Assembly (NCBI GenBank): GCA_043228905.1
Contig: JBHGNT010000015.1
Location: 17,236,001-17,300,000, forward strand
Source of the DNA: Azolla caroliniana
Lineage: Eukaryota > Plantae > Polypodiophyta
Direction: 5' to 3'
Length of the DNA: 64,000 nucleotides
The notes beneath the pieces were generated by a model. That model saw only the letters and a list, made by a program, of their open reading frames with translations. It ran no database searches and was not told the DNA's origin. A program made the position numbers and the translations under genes. Shown here one piece after another: positions 23,430 to 36,000 of this stretch (its first letter is position 1; every line of letters begins with the position of its first letter).

Positions 23430-25844
23430 TCATTTTGCTCCATACAATCTCGAAGCACTTATGAAAGAGGTTTGACTATACATATCAGGCGGGCATGGTA
23501 TACTTCCTAGTAATTGTTCCGCTGCTTCCAGGTTCCCTGCACGAGCATACACATCAGCTATGCAATTGAAATGTTTCACCTTAGGTTCAACACCATAATT
23601 TCCAGTCATGGTATTATTGTACAAGGGTATTTCATCAACTTGTCCGTCATGCCCAAATGCTGAAAGGATGCTTGCATAAATAGACTCATTGGGTAATAAT
23701 CCTTGTAACTCCATCCATTGTAAACATTCAACAACAAGAGTGGAATCCCCATATTCTGCATAACCCGCAATTAATGCACCCCATGATATGATGCTTTGGT
23801 TTTTTGAAGCTTTTAATATTCTCACCGCTTCATCTCTGCTCCAACATTTTATATACATATCTATGAGAGCATTCTCGACGAAGACGTTTGATTCGAGCTT
23901 GTCTTTAATTATCTGATCATGTATAATTTTCCCTCGATACACTGCCCCAAGTGCAGTACATGCTTTCAAGATAGATGACATTATGAATTCATTTTTATCA
24001 ATCCCTTTTCTTTGCATTTCCTCGTAAAGTTGAATAGCTAGAAGGCTATTATCCTGACTAACACATCTGGCAATCATTGCACCCCAGAATGGCAAGCTTC
24101 TATCTTCTAGGCTAGCAAAAGCTTTGTATGTTCCCTCAATGTCCCCACAGGTGGCATACATGTTAAGAAGTGTATTACCAATGAATTCATCCACCTTGAT
24201 TCCACCCTGAAGCAACTGATGATGGAGCATTTTACCCTCACTAAAGGAACTTGATTGTGAACATGCTTTTAGAAGGCATGAAAACACGTGAGAGTCAGGT
24301 TTGATACGATCCTTTTGCATATCTTGAACAAGACTTATAGCTAAAAGACCATCGCCATTTTGGACATATCCAGACATCATTGCACCCCATGACACAACAT
24401 CACGGTTTGGCAACAGATCTAAGACATTGCGTGCCTCTTTTTGGCTCTTACATTTACAATACATGTCAATAAGGCTATTCCCAATCACTAAATCCTGGTC
24501 CCAACTAAATTTCAAAATTTGGTCATGTATGAGCCTACCCTCCTTATGGGCCTCTGTTTGGCCACATGCTTTTAAAGCATAAGAAAATGTATTTTTGTCT
24601 TTGTTGATTTGTTGCTTCTGCATCTTCTGGAAAAGTTGCAAGACAGGAAGTCCAAGTCCATTTTCTGAGTATGCTGCCATCATTACAGCCCATGGTATAG
24701 AGTTTCCGTGCAGATGCTCACTGAAGACTTTATAGGCCTCATTTAGCATGCCACATTTGGAATACATATTAATGACTGAATTTCTAATACTGATGTCAGC
24801 ATCTAGATTGCTCTGAATTATCTGATCATGGATTGATTTACCATGTTCAATGGCGCCTAAGGCACCATATGCTTGTAATGCATATATATACACAACTTTA
24901 TCTGGATGAACATTATTATTTTGCATTCTCTCTAAAATCTCAAGAGCAAGGCGGTTATGATGATTATGTATACAAACAGAAATCATTGCACCCCATGAAT
25001 GCAAATTTGGATGAGATAGCTTTTCAAAGACATTTCTAGCATCATCTAGATTCCCACACTTCCCATACATATCAATAAGTGTATTTCCAACAGCTACATC
25101 TACCAGAATTCCACTTTCTAGCATCTGGCTGTGAATTAACATGCCATGTTCCAAAACTCTCAAGATACAACAAGCCTTCAAAGTGCATGAAAATATCACT
25201 ATGTCTGGTTTTACCTTTGCATCTTGCATTTCATTAAAAATTTGAAGAGCAAGATGTCCATAGCCATGTTGTGTACAAGCAGTAATTATTGAACTCCAAG
25301 AGACTAATGATTGATTAGGCAATGTTTCAAACACTTTCTGAGCCATTTCTAATCTTCCACACTTTGCATACATACAAATAAGTGTGTTTCCGACCACAAT
25401 ATTTGATTCAAACCCATGATAAATCAATTGATTATGCAACAACTTGCCTTCTTCTAGAGCAATGATATCACCGCAAATTTTTAAGATACAAGGAAAGGTA
25501 AATTCATTCGGATTCAAGCCTTCTATCATCATTCTAGAGTACAACTCAAAAGCTCTGACACCATTTCCATGTTTAGCATAAAGAGGGATCATATCATGAT
25601 AACATCGAACAGACGGATGAGAGATCGAGCAAAAGATCAAGCTTGCTTCCAAAACAGACTCATGTGAGGCGAATATTGAAATAATTTGTTCTAAGATACC
25701 ATTAGATCGGACCATATCCATGGTAAGGATGGTGGAATGGACAGATCTAAGCAATTTTATATCTTCTTTCAATCGGGAACCTTGAAAGAGGCTATGAAGA
25801 GAATGCATTCCCTTGACAAAAAGGCTTTGGATGATGGGATCCAT
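23430..25844 (-). CDS. PLS-class pentatricopeptide repeat protein (804 aa, intronless ORF, no DYW domain)
   Basis: Repeated P-L-S triplets (GNTLIDMYGKCG, VVSWGAMMSGY, FSCLLKAC). It ends shortly after the P2/L2/S2-like block. The true start is uncertain. Confidence 0.92.
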   Translation of the reverse strand: MDPIIQSLFVKGMHSLHSLFQGSRLKEDIKLLRSVHSTILTMDMVRSNGILEQIISIFASHESVLEASLIFCSISHPSVRCYHDMIPLYAKHGNGVRAFELYSRMMIEGLNPNEFTFPCILKICGDIIALEEGKLLHNQLIYHGFESNIVVGNTLICMYAKCGRLEMAQKVFETLPNQSLVSWSSIITACTQHGYGHLALQIFNEMQDAKVKPDIVIFSCTLKACCILRVLEHGMLIHSQMLESGILVDVAVGNTLIDMYGKCGNLDDARNVFEKLSHPNLHSWGAMISVCIHNHHNRLALEILERMQNNNVHPDKVVYIYALQAYGALGAIEHGKSIHDQIIQSNLDADISIRNSVINMYSKCGMLNEAYKVFSEHLHGNSIPWAVMMAAYSENGLGLPVLQLFQKMQKQQINKDKNTFSYALKACGQTEAHKEGRLIHDQILKFSWDQDLVIGNSLIDMYCKCKSQKEARNVLDLLPNRDVVSWGAMMSGYVQNGDGLLAISLVQDMQKDRIKPDSHVFSCLLKACSQSSSFSEGKMLHHQLLQGGIKVDEFIGNTLLNMYATCGDIEGTYKAFASLEDRSLPFWGAMIARCVSQDNSLLAIQLYEEMQRKGIDKNEFIMSSILKACTALGAVYRGKIIHDQIIKDKLESNVFVENALIDMYIKCWSRDEAVRILKASKNQSIISWGALIAGYAEYGDSTLVVECLQWMELQGLLPNESIYASILSAFGHDGQVDEIPLYNNTMTGNYGVEPKVKHFNCIADVYARAGNLEAAEQLLGSIPCPPDMYSQTSFISASRLYGAK

Positions 25845-26120
25845 ACCTTGAGGTCAGGAGACCAAACCAAGTGTACTAAAAGAGAAAATGCTAACCTGAT
25901 ATCCTCGAAGCCATGATCAGTTACAAATGATTTGAATGAAGGTGAAGAAAAAGAACATAGTCTTTTGTGTCTGATGCTGAGCATGGACATGATGCTTCCT
26001 CTGGTAAGTGCTCTTTTTGCATCCAGGCACAGATATGTGGCCTCTAATTCTTCCTCCTCCTCCTCCTAATGAAGGAAGAAGAACCCTTTGTTCTCAGAAT
26101 TTGCTATCTGTGTATTATCT

Positions 26121-26415
26121 GTGTATGTATGCATGTATGTATGCATGTATGCATGTATGTAGGTAGGTATGCACGTATGTATGTATGTATGTAGGTATGC
26201 ACGTATGTATGTATGTATGTATGTATGTATGTATGCACGTATGCACGTATGTAGGTATGTATGTATGCACGTATGTATGTATGTGTTTATGTATGTGTTT
26301 ATGTATGTATGTATGTATGTATGTATGTATGTATGTATGTATGTATGTATGTATGTATGTATGTATGTATGCATGTATGTATGTATGCGTTTATGTATGC
26401 ATGTATGTATGTATG
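26121..26415. repeat. (TGTA)n tetranucleotide microsatellite, ~295 bp
   Basis: Direct reading. It explains the spurious MYVC/HTYI ORFs. Confidence 0.95.
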
Positions 26416-26811
26416 CTTAGAGATAGTTAGGTAATCAATCGATCATTGGAGGGTCGCGTTGGGATGGCCAAACCTTTTAGGCATGCATACCTAGGCTAGC
26501 CCCTTCTTGTATGCCAAGGTTATCATGTGAAGGCTTGACCATTTGGATATGTCAGGCTAACATGTCGAGACCAGACTATTCGGGAAACATCAATAAAGCA
26601 GTATGCTCCTAAGTGTGTCAATGTTTATCTCTTCGAGTTAAGATTGAGATGTGCAAGATTCCCATGTGAATAAGATCAACCACGAATGTTAATGTTATAA
26701 CATACAATCATGACAACGTTTTTATGGGGTCCTATTGTTGACCATTATGTCAACTTTGGTCATTGGTAGATACACTTATGGCTTAGGGACTTGCCCTTTG
26801 TTATGGATACG

Positions 26812-27183
26812 TATAAGTTAGAGGGTTCCTTTGGTGAGCTTGTTTGGACATGTGAGCTTTTCCACGTTCTTCATGTTTTTTTGGGGGTACATGTGTTTCT
26901 TGGAATGTGGTTCATTTCTAAGGGGATGACTCATCGTTGACACTACAGAGCTCTCAACTCATCCCATCAAGAACATATCTATAAGTTAGAGGGTTCCTTT
27001 GGTGAGCTTGTCTGGACATGTAAGCTTTTCCACACTCTTCATGTTTTTTTTGGGGTGCATGTGTTTCTTCGAATGTGGTTCATTTCTAAGGGGGCGATTC
27101 ATCATTGACACTACAGAGCTCTCAACTCATCCCATCGAGAACATACGACTCATCATTGACACTATAAAGCTCTCAACTCATCA
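26812..27183. repeat. 168-bp tandem duplication plus a partial third copy
   Basis: TATAAGTTAGAGGGTTCCTTTGG at 26812 and 26980. Confidence 0.9.
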
Positions 27184-27708
27184 CATCTCAACTCGAACTT
27201 AGGGAACATAAGGAACATAGGGCTCAAAGTGTTGCATGGCCTGCAAGCTTCGGGTATAGGGGAGATATTTACTACATATGTCTAGGGACTCATATACTTG
27301 AGAGAATAAGTGGAATCTTGAAGCATCCACAAAGACTCTGCTTTTCGCTTTCAAGAGTTCTTTATGCTCTCTCTGGCCATTAGCTGTTACACAAAACATT
27401 CGCAACTACGTCGATACCTGAATCAATTGTAGGGCTATCCCCTTAAAAATCTGCTACTGGGCAGAACTTGCCTCGCCCCGATATGCTTTGTCATGTGGAG
27501 ACTTGCACTGCAACAAGAGATAGAAAAAGAGGTAGAAACTGCACACGCACGCAAGTTTGTCGGGGCCCGTGGATCGAGGTTTTCGTATTCTCTCACGGTG
27601 CGGCCGCCCGGCCCAAGTGTTTTCTGTGATGGGTTCTCTTCTTCTTCTTCGTCGTCTTCGTCGTCTTCTTCATGGGGCAGCATGCGGGGGACCAGGTTCT
27701 CCGAATTC

Positions 27709-27762
27709 TAAACCCGTAAACCGTAAACCGTAAACCGTAAACCGCCACCGGTTTAGGGGTTT
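27709..27762. promoter_or_regulatory. (TAAACCG)n telomere-like heptamers and telo-box-like motif upstream of SAP18
   Basis: TAAACCCG(TAAACCG)4 then GTTTAGGGGTTT, ~110-165 bp upstream of the ATG. A regulatory role is inferred. Confidence 0.45.
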
Positions 27763-27873
27763 CTAGAAATGGAAGGATTTGAGGAGGAGGATCTCTTCCC
27801 TCTCTCAAAATTTTCCCTCCCACTTTTGTTTTGTTTTTGTTTTGATTTGTTGAGTAAAGAAGCTGCAGCGGCT

Positions 27874-28027
27874 ATGGCGATGGCGATGGCGGAGCTTGGT
27901 ATTGCTGGAGGAGATCATCCTTTGCCCAAGCCAAGACCTCCTCCACCTGGACCCCCCCAGCGCAGAGCACCCCCTCGACCTCCTTATGTTGTCGACAGAG
28001 AGAAGGTATGCTTCCTTCCTCCATGTC

Positions 28028-28073
<46 letters not shown>

Positions 28074-30036
28074 CTTTCCGTGCGCGAATGAATCAGTAAT
28101 ATACCTTGAGATTTTCCCCCTTGGTCAAAAGTTCCGTTCTTCGTGTTTTGCAGGATCCCTAGCATCGCCTTTATGTAATTTTATCTTTGTTCGTGCCTTT
28201 AAACACTGCCTGCTTTCTTCAACCCATCCAAGTCCCCAGAATTCGAACAGCAGTTCGAACATACAAACATTTTCAGGACCGAGAGGATGCATAAACACAC
28301 CAAACACATATAGCGAAAAACTGAAACATACAACTAAGATGAATAGGTGAAGAGACCTTCAGTAATATATTCAATGGTTTTTTTGTGCTGAGGCCAAAGT
28401 TTGCAGAGCCATATCCGGTTCCACCGAGATGTGTATGTAAATCCAGCAATCTCTCGCATCCAATGTTATATTGCATTTCTCATTCAATGTATCTTTGAAA
28501 CCCATCACCTATGCCTAATGCTTTTGGCATTGTGAAAATCTCAAATGGCCAGAAGTTTTTAGAGCGCACAATGGATGATCCATGTTTGTGGCATCACAAA
28601 GATTGACTTAAGCATCTAAGTGCTACCATAATCTATCCATACTTCTAGATCATCTGCATAGAGAAGCAACATACAAACATATTGGTACAAGGAAGATCTC
28701 TTCCATGATTTCCAACAGGTATAAGACAGATATGTTGCATAAAAAAATGTTTCCTTAGGTAGGAAACTCATTTCCTGACTTCAGTTGATGACTAAATGAC
28801 ACAATGCATGTGAACATACAGAAAAGGAAGGGAGACTTGACGTACGTATTTCAAATAACTACAGTTTCTTAGAAATCTACACAACACATGCCAACAGATG
28901 CTCTTTAAGCCTGCAAAAAAGCAAGAGAGACCAGCATATGATGCTTCTGAAGAACCCCCTGCTAGTTGCGAAATTATCTGGAAAACTGACCTTATGATCG
29001 ACTCAGCATCCCTGGTGGATTTTTGACACCATGGTCCCTGATTTACAGTACCACATCTCTGAACAGGACTGCACAGTGCTTGATCCAACTCTCCTTGCAA
29101 ATTGAAGGTTTTTGGGAAACCATCATCATACTTTTCAACCTTTCTTTCCTGACATTTTGGCTACTTTGTTGGAGTTGATGAAAATCATTAAAGGCCTTCT
29201 AAGCTAGAGTTTTTGCATGGTTCGTTATTGCGTAACACACTAAGCTCATATTTGTTCGTTTCAATTGGAAAGTTTAAGAAGTTCCATTAAGGGGTTGATT
29301 TTTTGTTGGTTTGATTTCATGCAGACATGTCCATTACTCATTCGTGTTTTTACTAAGGTAAGTCTCTTTGAATCTCTTTTTCTTGTTCCCTCTCAAAGAA
29401 ATGCCAGTGAGCTTCTTCTAAACGTGGTGTCTTGTTTTAAGACCGGAGAGCATCATACAATGGAGGATTATGCTAACCGAGGCAAAGTGCCAAGAGATGA
29501 AGTGCAAATATATACATGGATGGATGCAACACTAAGGGAGTTGACTGATCTGGTGATCACCTGCCACTTGCTTTCAACAAAAAAATTGTCTTTAGAAGAA
29601 GTCATTAAAGTTTTGGTTCTTGATTTGATATGCTATTATTTCAGGTCAAAGAAGTGGCACCAGAGGCTAGAAGAAGAGATGCTAGATTGTCCTTTGCTTT
29701 TGTATATCCGGATCGTCGAGGTCAGAATATCCTTCGTAATGTAAGGACCTACTTACTTTGTAATTTTTCTGCAGTCCTCATCTCTCTCTATAGACATAAG
29801 TTACTGATAAAGAAATTCAGGTGGGAATAACCAATGCTAATGGGAGCAGGAGAGGAAGTGATGACCATCATCGTACACTCTGTGACCTTGGCTTTCAGGT
29901 CTGTTGTTCATGGTGAAAATGTTCTTTTAGCCTCACAATGTGCTTTATTATGTATATTTATCTGGATCAATTGTTTTAACTGCCCATGATTTTGATCTTA
30001 CAGATAGGAGATTTTCTTGATGTAGCTATACTGTGA
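27874..30036 (+). CDS. SAP18: Histone deacetylase complex subunit SAP18; exons 27874-28005, 29325-29357, 29442-29552, 29645-29740, 29821-29898, 30004-30036 (160 aa)
   Basis: Spliced product VDREK|TCPLLIRVFTK|...EVQIYTWMDATLRELTDL|VKEVAPEARRRDARLSFAFVYPD...|...FQ|IGDFLDVAIL*. All introns are GT-AG, phase 0. Confidence 0.96.
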
Positions 30037-33000
30037 TGAATGACATGTTGGTGTTGTTCAAATCACTCACTCTAAAAAATGACTCACTGGTTACAAAGGA
30101 TGATACGGTTGCCACTGGTACTTTTCATCTCTCTATGCAAACTGCTCGAGTACCATTCAGCTGTATGAGCGTATTTAAAACCATAGGTTATCATGTGACA
30201 ATGTTAATGTTTTTAGTCTCTTTTGCTCTTGTGGGCGATACATCCTTGAAGCAAGTATGCATGAAATGGACTTCACGTTATCATAACCAAAACAGAGTGA
30301 GCAGAAAATATGCAATGCAAATATATGTATCATGGCTGAAGTCATTTATCTTGAGATTATGATGACATGCTGAATCAAATTACAGCCTTTTGGATTAACT
30401 ATGGTTTTGTACTCATGTATATATTTATGTTGGTATGCATCACAACCGTCCCTCCCTTCTCTCTATCCACGTGGGTCATAAATTGTATTAATTAGTTTCT
30501 TTCTGATTATCATACAGCTATCTATACACGTTTTTCATTAGACGTATGGGAACTCATTTAGGGCCTAGGAATCTTCCCAATGCAACTAATCAATACAAAG
30601 TTGGGGATCGCTTACAATAGAGTAGACAATCCTCCACCCCCTAATTATGAGAGTTATGAGAGCTAGAAAAGTTCATATTGGGTAGTAATGAACAAACTGG
30701 ACGCAATCATGAATTATCGGTGGTGTTGAATGAGAATAAGAATCCATCTACCATATACTAGTTTGCAACTTGTGGTTCACTACATGATCTCCTAATAAAA
30801 ATCATGAATGATGTTATAGAATCCACATTTGAGGATGCTATGATGGTAGTTGACTAGTCGCGAAAAGGGCTTGTTGGATGATCTCTTTGTTCCTTCCCAT
30901 GATCAACTACACCACTCAACTCTGAATGTGGCAGATCATATTTCAACATTCATATTTTCAATGCATCTTATGACAACTTTTCGGTACAGTTGCCTTCTCA
31001 ATTACTTGCCAAATAGGCTAGTGATATGTTAAAGAAATGCTATCCCCATTGATCCCCCTCCCCTCTATGGAATACATAGGGAACCAATGCGTATATCAAA
31101 ATTTGAAAATGTGTGCTTTCTTGTAGCTTCTTTTTGCTGTGAATATTTAGTGTGGTCAGCACCTAGCAAATAGGTGACAAACTTAAAAACATAAGTACAC
31201 CATGACACCCATGATTCCTTATTGTTCAAACAAACCTGTGTTACAACATTGTTATATCTCTTTGGTTATATAACCTTGAGAAGAGACGCTTATTGAATGA
31301 ATGACATCAGTAAATTTTCTATTTTCCTTCATACGATGTCTAATGTTCACAGATTCTTTTAAATACATATAATTATTAATTCAAATATCTATAATTGAAT
31401 ATGGAATTATTAATAATAAAACTATGAGCATATATGTTGTCTACCATTGAAGCCTACGAACAACTTCCCACTAAAATCATCAGAGGATTCGAGTGTCAAA
31501 GAAAAATGAAATGTTGCGATATATTGTTGAGCAACCATTATTTTCATTGTGACCTATACGAAGTTGTGCCAATGGGCCATCAAACAAGAATGAACACTAA
31601 TTGGTCCTCCGTAAATATATTCAGTTGAGAAGGATTTTGTTTGGTTAGGTCCTTGTGTATCTGGCCACTAAATTCGCCTGCCATAAAATGTTACTCCATC
31701 TTCTCTCCAAATGTATGATTTGCATTATTTGGTGTTGTATTGTGAAAATTGTTTTCATGTTTCAAGAGCTTGCTTGATATTAGGTAATCCATCTATACAT
31801 AGCATGATATGGAAAGTATATTGAAAAATTCATAATTGTCGTAACTTACATGAATGGATAAATCTATTTGTTTCTCCAGAGTATGTAGCTCTTATTTGCA
31901 TTATATTTGTGTAAACTACTTGAGTGTGACAATGCCAATAGTTATTCTTCTAGTGATATTTGTAAGCCTACAATGTCTAGGAATATCGTGTCCTTTTTTC
32001 GCTAGTTTCTCTACAAGCATGTTATTGATGTCCATAGATGTCTCTCCTTAAGTAGAACAAAGCATTGTTGAGTACTAAATTGGTGCAATCAACATATCAC
32101 AATTAACTAAATGATTTGATCATTTTTTCTTCCAGTCACCAAACGTTTACCACTAGTTTGTGTGTCAACGCATGTTTTGTGAGAGAGTGAATCATGGTTA
32201 TCCAAGGACACTTGATGAGATAAAAAAAAATCATATTAAGTATTGTAAGGACCTTTGATGGTACTTCCACATGTAAGCCTCGTGGGATAAAGACAAATAA
32301 TCTGCTTTCTTTAATGTATTACACTCTCAACATGATTTTGTCCTCTAGGACATAGGTGCACTTAACGTTTATGACTATTCACCTTCCATTCAAGTTTGGG
32401 GTCTAATAGTTAATATATACAGGAGGATGTACATTGTACATGTATACATTAAAGATGCATTATAAATCACTTATAACATCAGAATATATCACAAAATCGT
32501 AATTTGTAATGTAAAGAAGCTTTATTGGTTATGCTTAAATGATCATGCATGTTCCTGTCTATGTTTGTGTGTGTGTGTGTGTGAAAGTGAGGGCCTCAAC
32601 TAGTTTTTACTTCATTTTGATGTCTCCCAACAGTAATATAATGCATCGATAAAAGTGTGCGCGCGTGCGCACACGTTTTTGTAAGACGCTACCAATGCAA
32701 TACATAACTAGTATGCCGACATTGTCAATTAGATTTGATTGCGATAATGTGATCGGTGATGTCGTATTGAATGAAGTAGATCTCCTTTGGGCACGCAATA
32801 AATCATGTTTTTATAAATGAGTATCACTTCTAGCAATGTTCAATGTACCTACACCACTTTCCCATTCTCTTTGGTAGAAGATAAAGTAGGCATATGCAAG
32901 GTGTCAACCGTTCAATGTTGACATGAATGATCTTCTACATGTAGTGCGGTTTGCCTACTAAGAGAAAAAGAGTATTTTTGCTTGATTTTAACAATCGTAA

Positions 33001-36000
33001 TTTTTTTGTCACTAAAATATCGTGTCCTTCAAGTTTCAAAATGTTAACCATTTTTACATGATTTTGTGTATATGGATGTTCTTGGCCTTTTGGATCTAGT
33101 CTAGAAATTGGATTGAAAGAGAAAACCAAAACACATATGACAATGCATGTGCACAACCAAATGACTTCGAACTCATACACGTGTACAAACATGTTCACTA
33201 TCATGCTATTGATTGCACATGGGAGCACTTGAAACTTGTTTCTTTATTCTCAACAAAGTGGGTCTCATGTGTTTGAATGAGGGAAGAGGTAGGGGATTGA
33301 ATACTCATACATGAGTAAATGGGTTGTAGTAAATACTTTTTAGCGCTTAACCCGTATCCATTCCCACTTTACTTATGTTTGTTGATAGTATTTGTTTTCT
33401 CATGGTTTGTACAAAATATGAAAATACATCCGACATTGCTTACTCTAGAATTTAGTTCATTTTGGGTGTTAAGGGGGCCATGCAAGCAAATCCCCATATA
33501 AGGTTGTTGATGTTGATTGGAATTGAATGCTATTGTGTAGAGCATATGCATGTGAACATTCTTTTTAGACCTATTAAAGGGAAAATTGGGTTGGCCTAGA
33601 GGTTATGTGAAATAGAAAACTCTACAATTGAATGCAATGGGACCCCATTAATCATCAATGTTTTTTTTTAAAACATACCCAAAAATATCAACAAATGATA
33701 ATGGTTTGCAAACGGAATCATCAAGGCAGCACTTACTTTCACATGGAACATAACTTGCGGAATGGAAACAATTGTGTAAATCGTGTAAGGTCATGATGAA
33801 TCAAATGATGTGATGCGACCTAGACATAGGTGTAAACATGGTGTAAGTTCTATATGAGTCAGCACTATTCCTTAACGTAATTCTAGTTTATAGGTGTCAC
33901 ATCAACTTGGATATCAATTAAAAAAACTCAACTAATCTATACCTAGCGCATGAAATAGCTTTTATGTTTGTGTTGATTGTGTGTTTTATTAAAAACAAGT
34001 TAAAGTCACAATCATGCTTATGCCGAGTTTGCTTGCTTAGTTCTCCAACCCATTAGGGAAAGTTGTTTGAAATAAACTGACTAAAAATGATTTAGTAGCC
34101 CTTGGAGTGGGTTCAATAGTAATTATCAATTATCTCTTCATTGGCTACAATTTAGGTACATAACTTAGTTGTCACTTTTGAAAGTCGACTTTCGTGACAT
34201 TGACGCTATAATAGAGACATAAATTGTAATGCACGTGCATAGAGAGACATTGCTTGATGGTGGGGTGAAATGATTGCATTGAATATAGTATCTGCATGTG
34301 TGGATGTGTAGTGCAAGTAAAAATGCATGGATTCAAATATGTCCACTAACTCAAGCTGTAAGTTGGTGGGGATTACGAGCCGTTGTCGTAGTAAAACGTG
34401 AGGGGTAAAAAGGTGGTGTAGTTGGGTGGGTGGGTGGGTTGGTTGGTGGGTTGCAATGATCCAAACAAGGATGGGAAAGGAGAAAGTCGCAACAGATTGA
34501 TGGGATGATTTACAGATAGATAAGTAAGTAAATAAATCTCAATGTTCAGAGGGAGGGACCAAAAATTAAAATCCCCCTTCGCCTTGACCTAGAGAGTTCA
34601 ATGTGATTTGCACCTACCAATCTTCATGGCATGCTTTGATCTCCGAAACCATAGCGAAAGAGTGTATACATACAATAAAGACACAACCATACTTGATATT
34701 TTTACTCTCTTCTTCTTGTGGTGGAAAAAAGCAACCCCCTCTCCCACACAAAAAAACAAAGTCTAATTAGTGAGGATCACCCTTAAGAATTGGGTCATTT
34801 CTCTCTCCTTGACTTGTGTTGGACAAAAGAAAATGGCAAGGTTTTCTCTGGAAGAGCATTGAGTTTGTCCGGGCAAGTATGAAAAGGCATCATTTTGGTC
34901 ACATAGCATGGATTGTGACGGGAGCACGTGCTCTAATTTATAGTTTTCCATCTATCACATGCTTGCATGTGCAACCAATCAAAACACAAATAAACAAACC
35001 AACAAATAATTGCCACATCACATATTTTTCTTTTTTATAGGGTGCATGAAAATAAAATAGTAAAAAAGATAATTTATTTATCTTTTGAGGGAATGGGATG
35101 GTACGTTCACACCACCGTTTGGGCCATGCCATGTTGCCACTCCATCATGTTAGAGGTTAGAACAAGTTTCGGGATGCCACTAGGATATTTTAGCTTCTTG
35201 GCCTACGCAATGTTGTTGTGTGTAGTAATTGTATGTATCCTATAAATGTGAATGTAGTCATGAGTCATATGCAATTTGTACACCTTCTATGTCTTTTCAC
35301 TCTAGGATCTAGTCTACAAATATATACATATACATCCAATAACCCAATCTTTAGTACAAATTTTAAAGACTTATTTAATCAACCTAGTTTGATAGCAATC
35401 TTGGCTGGTAAAGGTTCATACTTTTGGAAATTTGATTTTAAATAAGGAGGATATCCCATAGTAGACCTTAAAAAAAACTGATACATTTGCCCAGAGAACT
35501 AGAGAACTCGGAAAGAAACCTAAGTGATACATCTCTCTATCTCAAATCTCATCAATGCATTGGAAAATGAAATTGTAAAAAGAAGTGTTTGGTAGATGGT
35601 GTTCGCGAAAGAGTTCGCTTAGATCCATTACTTACATTTGGAGAATGCAACTCAAGCTTCCTTAAGAATTTCATTTCATAAATTGTAACTTTGTTCATGG
35701 TGATTTTAGTAAAATTTGGCTTTCTAAAAAGTTGAAGATTTTTATATTTTCAGAATTGTGAGAAAAGTTTCCGTAGAAATGGATTATTGTATGGCGAAAA
35801 ACTTTAGATTGGAAGTCTCGAAAACCGAAAATGAGCAATATATGTGGCTTTCATGCAATTGGTGTGGTATTTCGCAACATGCCTCACAAACTCATGTTTA
35901 CATTGATTATATATGCATGTCCTTTGAGTTGTAAAATATGTAGAAATGTAAGTTACGTAGAAATGTATATGTGATAATAATCATCCATTTCCCATAATAT

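Noticed and set aside
26066-26430. ORFs of MYVC/HTYI repeats
   Set aside because: Translations of the (TGTA)n microsatellite.
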